The notes beneath the pieces are model-generated. The model saw only the letters and a list, made by a program, of their open reading frames with translations, was not told the DNA's origin and ran no database searches. 32,000 bases of DNA, from NCBI RefSeq assembly GCF_051307035.1, contig NZ_CP195536.1:150001-182000 (forward strand), written 5' to 3'. Below are positions 10,188 to 17,440 of the stretch, piece by piece; the stretch's first letter is position 1, and every line of letters begins with the position of its first letter. The stretch is from Psychrobacter sp. DM4. Its GTDB lineage: Bacteria; Pseudomonadota; Gammaproteobacteria; Pseudomonadales; Moraxellaceae. Both the position numbers and the translations under genes were made by a program.

Positions 10188-11072
10188 ATGACAAAAATTA
10201 CTCACGCCGTTATACCTGTGGCAGGCTTTGGCACTCGGATGTTGCCATTATCAAAATCAGTACCTAAAGAGCTGTTGCCACTAGGCAATCGTCCCGCTAT
10301 CCATTATGTGGTCGAAGAAGCCATTGCCGCTGGTATCAAACACATTGTATTGGTCGGGCATGCACAAAAAAGCGCGATCGAGAACTATTTTGACACCAAT
10401 GCAGAGCTAGATCATCAGCTACGACAAAAAGGTAAAGACGCTCTTGCCGATAGTCTGAACTGGCTACCAGAGGATGTGACGGTATCTATGATACGTCAGG
10501 GCAAAGCGTTGGGTTTGGGTCATGCGGTATTGGCCGCGCGGCCTATCATTGGTAATCATGATTTTGCGGTATTGCTACCAGATGTGGTGCTTGATCCCTT
10601 TACAACAGATAGCCATAGCGATAACTTAGCCTTTATGATTAAACAGTTTACTAATGATGGACATTCGCAAATACTAGTAGATAAAGTGGCTGATGAAGAC
10701 GTACACAAATATGGTATCGCTAAGCTTAGTGAAGGTAATGATACTTCTATAAAAAACGATAACAGCAAAGTATCCGAAAACGTCAGTTTTAAAGTCGCAG
10801 GGTTTATAGAAAAACCTAGTTTGGATAAAACACCTTCTCGATTGGCCGTAGTAGGTCGCTACGTGTTTAGTAATCAAATTTTTGGTTATTTAGCCAATAC
10901 TACTGCGTCCGTTGGCGGTGAGATTCAGCTGACAGATGCTATCGACGCTTTGATTAGTCAGTATGGTGTAAACGTAACGACAATGCGCGGCGATAGTTAT
11001 GATGCAGGAGATATGAACTCTTATATGCAAGCGTTTATCTATTTTGCCCAGCAACAGCTTACTGATAATTAA
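10188..11072 (+). CDS. galU: UTP--glucose-1-phosphate uridylyltransferase
   Basis: The N-terminal AVIPVAGFGTRMLPLSKSVPKELLPL signature and VGRYVF block are typical of GalU. Confidence 0.93.
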   Translation: MTKITHAVIPVAGFGTRMLPLSKSVPKELLPLGNRPAIHYVVEEAIAAGIKHIVLVGHAQKSAIENYFDTNAELDHQLRQKGKDALADSLNWLPEDVTVSMIRQGKALGLGHAVLAARPIIGNHDFAVLLPDVVLDPFTTDSHSDNLAFMIKQFTNDGHSQILVDKVADEDVHKYGIAKLSEGNDTSIKNDNSKVSENVSFKVAGFIEKPSLDKTPSRLAVVGRYVFSNQIFGYLANTTASVGGEIQLTDAIDALISQYGVNVTTMRGDSYDAGDMNSYMQAFIYFAQQQLTDN

Positions 11073-11075
11073 TAC

Positions 11076-12737
11076 ATGGATGTAAAAATGCAAAGCCATA
11101 GCTTCAAAAGCGCGCGCCTATCTAAACCATGGGAGCAGCTCCAAGACCTTGCCAAACACTCTTGGTCACTTGCCGATCTGTTTGCCAAGGATAATGAGCG
11201 TACGACGCGCTTTAGTACGCAAGCAGGCGAGCTGTACATGGATTACAGCAAACAATGTATCGATGAGACCGTATTGTCGACGCTTTTGGATCTCGCTGAG
11301 AGTTGTGATCTATCTGGCCGTATCAAAGCGCTCATGCGGGGCGCTATGGTCAATACCAGTGAAGAGCGCGCCGCTTTACACACCGCTTTACGCTTGCCGC
11401 AAACTGCTAAGTTACAAGTGGGTGAGCAAAATGTTGTCACCGACGTGCATAACAGTCTACTGCAAGTAGAGCACTTATCGAGGCGCATAAGAAATGGTAC
11501 TTGGCGCGGGTTCTCAGGCAAAGCAATCACCGATGTGGTTAATATCGGTGTTGGCGGGTCAGACCTTGGACCTTTAATGGCGGCGACAGCACTTGATGAA
11601 TGGTCTGATACCGATATTATGGTGCATTTTGTCTCTAATATGGACGGCTCCCAGCTTGATAATCTACTCAAACGTTTAAATGCTGAGACCACACTATTTA
11701 TCATCTCCTCCAAATCATTTGGTACAGTAGATACTCTATCTAATGCCAAGACGGCGTTATCGTGGCTGCTGGCAACTGCCAAGCGCCGCGCTGGTAGTGA
11801 AGATAGCGTATTACGTCGGCACTTTATCGGTATATCTGCCAATAACGAAAAGATGAGCGCGTGGGGTATTCATCCTGAGCATCAGTTGCAGCTTTGGGAT
11901 TGGGTTGGTGGGCGTTTCTCTTTATGGTCAGCGATTGGTTTGGCGATTGCTGTGCGCATTGGTATGAGTCAATTTCGTGAATTGCTAGCTGGCGCTCATA
12001 GTATGGATGAGCACTTTGCTCATACTGACTTTGCAGATAACCTGCCTGTACTTTTAGGTTTACTTGCGGTTTGGAACAGTACTTTTTTGCAAATACACGC
12101 TCATACTGTGTTGCCATATGACGGTAGGCTCAGCTATCTCCCCAGCTACTTGACGCAGCTGGAGATGGAGAGTAATGGCAAGTCAGTGACTCATGATGGC
12201 ACTCGCGTAGATTACAATACTTGCCCGATTCTATGGGGTGAAATTGGATCTGATGCGCAGCACGCGTTCTATCAGCTCTTGCATCAAGGTACTCAGCATG
12301 TGTCTTGCGATTTTATCGCCTGTGTACGTCACTACAGTGATGAGCTACAGAATGCCTCCTTACAAAATCAGCATGAACTATCTTTGTCCAATTGCTTGGC
12401 ACAAAGCCGCGTCTTAGCCTTTGGTAATGCGGCGATTGTCGAAGAGGCTAGCGCCTGCGCGGCAGATAAATATAAACATTACCGCGGTAACCAGCCCTCA
12501 ACGACGCTATTACTTGATAAGCTCACACCGCATAGCTTAGGTTCACTTATTGCCTTATATGAGCATAAAGTTTATGTCATGGCGAGTATCTGGGACATCA
12601 ACCCTTTTGATCAATGGGGCGTTGAGATGGGCAAACAGATGGCAGAGACGGTTTATCATGCACTACAACAAGATAGTAGCGATCAATTTGATAGCTCGAC
12701 CAATCAGCTACTTGCTCACATCAAACAGCTGTCTTAA
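11076..12737 (+). CDS. pgi: Glucose-6-phosphate isomerase
   Basis: 553-aa ORF with LADLFAKDNERTTRFS, NIGVGGSDLGP, LFIISSKSFGT and YEHKVYVMASIWDINPFDQWGVEMGK blocks. An alternative in-frame start ATG lies at 11088. Confidence 0.95.
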   Translation: MDVKMQSHSFKSARLSKPWEQLQDLAKHSWSLADLFAKDNERTTRFSTQAGELYMDYSKQCIDETVLSTLLDLAESCDLSGRIKALMRGAMVNTSEERAALHTALRLPQTAKLQVGEQNVVTDVHNSLLQVEHLSRRIRNGTWRGFSGKAITDVVNIGVGGSDLGPLMAATALDEWSDTDIMVHFVSNMDGSQLDNLLKRLNAETTLFIISSKSFGTVDTLSNAKTALSWLLATAKRRAGSEDSVLRRHFIGISANNEKMSAWGIHPEHQLQLWDWVGGRFSLWSAIGLAIAVRIGMSQFRELLAGAHSMDEHFAHTDFADNLPVLLGLLAVWNSTFLQIHAHTVLPYDGRLSYLPSYLTQLEMESNGKSVTHDGTRVDYNTCPILWGEIGSDAQHAFYQLLHQGTQHVSCDFIACVRHYSDELQNASLQNQHELSLSNCLAQSRVLAFGNAAIVEEASACAADKYKHYRGNQPSTTLLLDKLTPHSLGSLIALYEHKVYVMASIWDINPFDQWGVEMGKQMAETVYHALQQDSSDQFDSSTNQLLAHIKQLS

Positions 12738-12748
12738 TACTGTTTGTG

Positions 12749-12777
12749 ATAAGAAGTAAATTTTAATAAGAAGTAAA
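12749..12777. repeat. 12-bp perfect direct repeat in the pgi / ugd-like spacer
   Basis: ATAAGAAGTAAA occurs at 12749-12760 and again at 12766-12777. The second copy overlaps the SD (AAAGGA) of the downstream gene. Confidence 0.8.
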
Positions 12778-12787
12778 GGATAATCTT

Positions 12788-14191
12788 ATGGCCTCCAGCT
12801 TTGCTGACAACGATAATAACGACGAAAACGCTAATCGTCTTGCCGTCAAACATTCTGACGTTTGCGTACTCATCGGTCATGGAGTCGAGGCGCTCACTAG
12901 TGCGGTCGTGCTGGCAAGTTTAGGTCAGTACGTCCATATTTATGCTGATAGTGATAAATTGTCGCAGCAGTTGCAGCAATATAGTTTTGAGCATCACCTG
13001 CAAGCTTTGTGGCAGCTATATATTCAGCAAGAGCAGATTATCAGTTGTGAGTTACCAAAGATGGCTTATGATCTGATTCACAATTATGAGCATGTCTCGC
13101 AAATAGCTAGTACGGATAACAGACACAATAGCGTAGAGACCACAGCCAACGCCGCGCTTTATTGGTTATTTCTGGATGATATCAAGTCGCTTTGGAATGA
13201 CGATAGTTGGATTAGTGCTTTTAACGATAGCCAGCAACAAAACCTGCCAATGATTATGAGCGGTATCGAAAGTTTGGGCCATATCTCTCAAGTCGCTAAG
13301 CGCTTAAGACGTGCTTGGGTCTATTATGTACCCTTTATCTTCTTGCAAGATGGTGAGGCTTATAGCTCAATGCTAAAACCATCGTTATGGCTACTTGGCG
13401 AAAAGACTCCAGATAGCAGCCAGCATCTAGGAGCACTCCAGCCTTTGATGCAACAGGCACGCTCGTATCATCATGCTGATATTGCGACGATAGAGTTTGC
13501 CCGTAGTAGTATTATGGCGATGCTAGCCACTCGCGTCAGTTTTATGAATGAGATGTCTCGCTTAGCAGATAGCCAGAACGTCGATATCGGACAGGTCAGC
13601 CAGATTATGGGACTGGATGCGCGCGTGGGTAGCAGCTACTTACAAGCGGGCTGGGGATTTGGTGGTAACACTCTACCTAGTGAGCTTATAAAACTTAAAA
13701 ACTCAGGACAGACTGGCCGCGTAGAGATGCCATTATTGCAAGCCGTCATGCATATTAATGAAGATCAAAAAGAGCTGATATTTCGCAAGTTTTGGCAGTA
13801 CTTTGATGGGTTCATCGATAACAAGGCGGTGATGATTTGGGGCGGCAGTTATAAGTCAGGCTCCGGACGCACCGCAAATTCAGCGATTCATCCACTATTG
13901 AGCCTGTTGTGGTCATATAATATTCGTACACTGGTTTATAGTGATAAGGCGCAAACCGAGCTTGCTGAGCTGTATGAAGGACAACCCCTTATGACGTTGA
14001 TTAATAGCCCTTATCAGTCTTTAGATAGCGCTCAAGCTATTTTTATCATCAGCTGGTCGCCACAAGATCGGTTGGAGATAGCGACTATTAATCAATACGC
14101 GATGCCTATCTTTGATGCACAAAATATCTTAAGCCGCGTGCAGGTTGAAGGACTAGTAGGGGATTATGTGGGTATCGGTCGCAGTAAATAA
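12788..14191 (+). CDS. UDP-glucose/GDP-mannose dehydrogenase-family paralogue lacking the catalytic residues (probable non-catalytic)
   Basis: 467-aa intact ORF with SD AAAGGA 7 nt upstream. Family-level similarity is visible in ATRVSFMNEM....GLDARVGSSYLQAGWGFGGNTLPSE. The nucleophile Cys position is Thr, and other catalytic positions are also substituted (see finding). It occupies the ugd slot of a galU-ugd-gpi-gne/pgm type module. Confidence 0.7.
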   Translation: MASSFADNDNNDENANRLAVKHSDVCVLIGHGVEALTSAVVLASLGQYVHIYADSDKLSQQLQQYSFEHHLQALWQLYIQQEQIISCELPKMAYDLIHNYEHVSQIASTDNRHNSVETTANAALYWLFLDDIKSLWNDDSWISAFNDSQQQNLPMIMSGIESLGHISQVAKRLRRAWVYYVPFIFLQDGEAYSSMLKPSLWLLGEKTPDSSQHLGALQPLMQQARSYHHADIATIEFARSSIMAMLATRVSFMNEMSRLADSQNVDIGQVSQIMGLDARVGSSYLQAGWGFGGNTLPSELIKLKNSGQTGRVEMPLLQAVMHINEDQKELIFRKFWQYFDGFIDNKAVMIWGGSYKSGSGRTANSAIHPLLSLLWSYNIRTLVYSDKAQTELAELYEGQPLMTLINSPYQSLDSAQAIFIISWSPQDRLEIATINQYAMPIFDAQNILSRVQVEGLVGDYVGIGRSK

Positions 14192-14223
14192 CAGGGGTCT
14201 TACTCTGATAAAGTGCGCCGATA

Positions 14224-14265
14224 AAAAGGGTCTATTCATAGGACAATGAATAGACCCTTTTTTAT
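14224..14265. terminator. Bidirectional rho-independent terminator (ugd-like gene and pgm converge)
   Basis: AAAAGGGTCTATTCAT (14224-14239) pairs perfectly with ATGAATAGACCCTTTT (14246-14261). An A-tract lies on one side and a T-tract on the other, between two convergent genes. Confidence 0.88.
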
Positions 14266-14312
14266 TTTCTCAATATCGTAGCATTATCGGACATTGTAAT
14301 AGGTCAGATAGG

Positions 14313-15791
14313 CTAAGCAGGTATCGCCCCTTGACTAGACAACCATTGCTGAATATCTTGCACTTTTTGCATTAGTAAATCCTTGTCACCACGCGCTTCG
14401 ATATTGAGTCGAATTAGCGGCTCCGTATTAGATGCCCGCAAATTAAAACGCCAGTCACCAAAATTGAGGCTCAAACCATCCAAGGTTGATTTTTTTGGAT
14501 TTTGTGCGCTAAATTTATCTTCTATCGCGCCGATAATGCTAGGCGCATCGTGGGTGGTGAGACGAAAGTTAAGCTCGCCTGAGCTTGGATAGTCGCTAAT
14601 GTAGCCTGTGACCAATTCTGACAGCGTTTTGCCTGTAGTCGATAACAGCTCAATGGTTAATAACCAAGGTATCATACCGCTATCACAGTAGAAAAAATCG
14701 CGGAAATAATGGTGCGCGGACATCTCGCCACCATAGACAGCGCCTGACTCTCGCATCACTTGCTTAATAAAAGAGTGCCCTGACTTACTGATGACTGCCT
14801 GACCGCCGTGAGCCTCAATGACCGCTTCAGTGTTATATATCACTCTTGGGTCATAAACAATAGACTCGTTTGCATACTTATTCAAAAATGCTTGTGCAAG
14901 CATACCAACAACGTAGCTACCATCGATAAATTCGCCATACTCATCGAACAAAAAGCAGCGATCAAAATCGCCATCAAAAGCAATGCCTAGATCAGCTTGG
15001 TTCGCTAAAACTACTTCTTTGGTAGCCACTCTATTGGCTTCAATCATAGGATTGGGGATACCATTAGGAAAGCTGCCATCGGGGGTGTGATGCAAGGTAA
15101 TCACATTAATTGGTGCACCAGCTTGCATGAGTTTATCAATCAATAAGTCAACGACTGGCCCTGCGCTACCATTACCTGAGTTGATAACGAGTTTTAATGG
15201 TTTGATTTTATCAATATCGATAAAATCAATAACATGGTCAATATAAGCAGCTTTATCTGTCAATAGCTGTATTTGTCCTAAAGGATGCTTCGTCGTAAAG
15301 TCACCAGACTCTGCCAAAGACTGAATTTCAGCTAAGCCGTCATCTGCACTAATCGGCTTTGAGTGTTCTTTGACCAGTTTTAGCCCATTATAATTAATAG
15401 GATTGTGACTGGCAGTGACTTCGATACCACCCATCGCCTGATAGTGACTGGTGGCAAAATAAACCTCTTCGGTGCCTGCCATACCCAAATCTATGACACC
15501 AACGCCTGCGTCAATAATGCCTTTAATAGTGGCTTGTTTGAGCGTCTCACTTGAGTGACGAATGTCACTACCGATTACGATAGCCGTTTTCAAGTCATTC
15601 TTATTTTCAGTCTCATTAGCAGTAAAACGCGCCAATAAAATCTGAGCAAAGGCGCGTCCAATACGATAGGCGATATCTTCATTGAGATTCACCCCGAGCT
15701 CACCGCGAATATCATAGGCTTTAAAGGAGCTGATAGTAATAGGGTCAAATGAGGCTGCAGGTTGATAGTTGGCAGAGGTAGAGACAGACAT
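14313..15791 (-). CDS. pgm: Phosphomannomutase/phosphoglucomutase (alpha-D-phosphohexomutase)
   Basis: Contains the active-site phosphoserine loop TASHNPINYNGLK, the metal loop FDGDFDRCF and the sugar/phosphate loops GGEMSAHHYF and RASNTEP. Confidence 0.93.
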   Translation of the reverse strand: MSVSTSANYQPAASFDPITISSFKAYDIRGELGVNLNEDIAYRIGRAFAQILLARFTANETENKNDLKTAIVIGSDIRHSSETLKQATIKGIIDAGVGVIDLGMAGTEEVYFATSHYQAMGGIEVTASHNPINYNGLKLVKEHSKPISADDGLAEIQSLAESGDFTTKHPLGQIQLLTDKAAYIDHVIDFIDIDKIKPLKLVINSGNGSAGPVVDLLIDKLMQAGAPINVITLHHTPDGSFPNGIPNPMIEANRVATKEVVLANQADLGIAFDGDFDRCFLFDEYGEFIDGSYVVGMLAQAFLNKYANESIVYDPRVIYNTEAVIEAHGGQAVISKSGHSFIKQVMRESGAVYGGEMSAHHYFRDFFYCDSGMIPWLLTIELLSTTGKTLSELVTGYISDYPSSGELNFRLTTHDAPSIIGAIEDKFSAQNPKKSTLDGLSLNFGDWRFNLRASNTEPLIRLNIEARGDKDLLMQKVQDIQQWLSSQGAIPA

Positions 15792-15984
15792 AGCAGTGAC
15801 GTTCCTTGCGCTTAAAGTATGATGTAGTCAGTAGTATGACTATAAGCGCTTACTTATTCAATGCTACACTAGGACGGGCTACCAATTTAAACAGTTACAT
15901 TTTAGCCGATGACACGCTTTAGTGATAACAAGTCAATAGTATTTTAACCTAGTATGAGTTTCAAATTTGATCTGACGAGAGGGC

Positions 15985-16872
15985 ATGATGACGGTAGAAA
16001 ACCAACAAGTGATAACTCTCAACCATACGCCTGTTGTTCCTAAGCCTACAATAGGCGTACCAGAGGCAACGGGTGAGCTTGAGGATTTATTAACACTAAT
16101 GGCACACCTGCGTAGCGACTGTCCATGGGATCAAAAACAGACCAACCACAGTTTGATCCCTTATGCGATTGAAGAGGCTTACGAGCTTGGTGCAGCGGTA
16201 CAAGATGATGATGATGAAGACATCAAAAGCGAGCTGGGTGATGTGCTATTGCAAGTGGTCTTCCATTGTCAACTCTATGCAGAGCAAGGGCGTTTTGATA
16301 TCAGTGATGTGATAGCGACTTTGCAACAAAAGCTGATTCGCCGTCATCCCCATGTGTTTGGGGCAGAAACTCTCAAGGATGAGACAGCGGTAAAAGCGCG
16401 CTGGGATGAGATCAAAGCTGAGGAGCAACAAGCGGATGAAGCACGAGGCAAACCAAGGCGCAGATTAGATGCTGTCAAAGCGGGCAGCGCACTGATGCAA
16501 GCGCAAGCTGTGCAAAGCCAAGCCTCAAAACTAGGCTTTGATTGGGATGGGATAGACGGTGCGTTTGAGAAGCTCGATGAAGAAATCAATGAGCTCAAAC
16601 GTGAGGTAATAGACCAATCTGACGCGCGCATTAAAGACAATATCGCTGCTATTGAAAAGGAGCTGGGCGATTGTATGTTTGGACTGGTTAATGTCGCGCG
16701 CAAGTTGGGTCTAGATGCAGAAGCTGCCACGCTTACTTGCGTGCATAAGTTTAAGTCACGTTTTGGTTATATCGAAGCGCAGCTAGAACAGGCGGGCAAA
16801 CGCTTTGAAGATAGTGATATAGAAGAGATGGACGCACTATGGGAGGCGGCAAAACAGCATGAGCGCCGCTAG
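15985..16872 (+). CDS. mazG: Nucleoside triphosphate pyrophosphohydrolase MazG
   Basis: Two tandem MazG-type domains are present: LRSDCPWDQKQTNHSLIPYAIEEAYEL...ELGDVLLQVVFH, and a second EEINELKRE...ELGDCMFGLVNVAR. No mazE or mazF is adjacent. Confidence 0.9.
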   Translation: MMTVENQQVITLNHTPVVPKPTIGVPEATGELEDLLTLMAHLRSDCPWDQKQTNHSLIPYAIEEAYELGAAVQDDDDEDIKSELGDVLLQVVFHCQLYAEQGRFDISDVIATLQQKLIRRHPHVFGAETLKDETAVKARWDEIKAEEQQADEARGKPRRRLDAVKAGSALMQAQAVQSQASKLGFDWDGIDGAFEKLDEEINELKREVIDQSDARIKDNIAAIEKELGDCMFGLVNVARKLGLDAEAATLTCVHKFKSRFGYIEAQLEQAGKRFEDSDIEEMDALWEAAKQHERR

Positions 16873-17242
16873 TAAAGACGCAACTAATAAAAGCACCAGC
16901 GTTATGCACTTTCTGCTATTAATAGTCTGTGTTATCAGTGCTTTGTCTGCCCAAGTTCACGCAGCGCCTTGTTTTGATAATCCTACAAAGGCTTATCGTT
17001 ATCTTCTGGCACAAGAAAAATTGGCTGTACAAACGCGCGAGCAAAAAAGAGTCAATATCAATCGCGCGAGCGAAAGCGAGCTGACCTCATTAAAAGGTAT
17101 CGGTAGTAGTAAAGCGCAAGCGATTATCTTGTACCGTGAGATGTTTGGCGACTTTGAATCTATTGATGAGCTACAAAAGGTTAAAGGTATAGGTGCAAAA
17201 ACAATTGAAAAAAATCGAGCACGGTTACAGATAAGCGAATAA
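16859..17242 (+). CDS. comEA: ComEA-family DNA-binding competence protein (signal/anchor plus helix-hairpin-helix)
   Basis: Has an N-terminal hydrophobic segment FLLLIVCVISALSAQVHA. This is followed by VNINRASESELTSLKGIGSSKAQAIILYRE...LQKVKGIGAKTIEKN, a tandem HhH motif. The ATG overlaps the mazG 3' end by 14 nt. Confidence 0.85.
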   Translation: MSAASKDATNKSTSVMHFLLLIVCVISALSAQVHAAPCFDNPTKAYRYLLAQEKLAVQTREQKRVNINRASESELTSLKGIGSSKAQAIILYREMFGDFESIDELQKVKGIGAKTIEKNRARLQISE

Positions 17243-17440
17243 TACTCTTGATATCAAGGCTCGTAGCCCCTATACATTTTGCGTACGATGCTTGAGTACA
17301 TTAAAAGTGACAAATTAGCACCTAGGGGATGACCATAACATACCCAGCATGCACAAAATTTGTTAAACTAGCGAGTACATCCGCCTGATAAACGCTGTGT
17401 TCATCAGGAGTGATTGAGAATACCGTTGAGGAGTAGATGC

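Noticed and set aside
11243-11842. 199-aa ORF antisense to pgi
   Set aside because: It lies entirely inside a confidently identified gene on the opposite strand. It is Ser/Arg/Leu/Cys-rich, as is typical of shadow frames, and has no SD or recognisable motif.
9077-15791. Calling the galE-galU-pgi-ugd-like/pgm cluster a capsule biosynthesis locus
   Set aside because: Only nucleotide-sugar precursor genes are present. There are no wza/wzb/wzc, wzx/wzy, initiating transferase or glycosyltransferase genes. It is a precursor module, not a complete polysaccharide locus.
17246-17257. Perfect 12-bp palindrome CTTGATATCAAG just after the comEA stop, considered as a terminator
   Set aside because: The stem would be only 4 bp around a 4-nt loop, and no T-tract follows. 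It is more likely chance or a protein site, with nothing further to support it.
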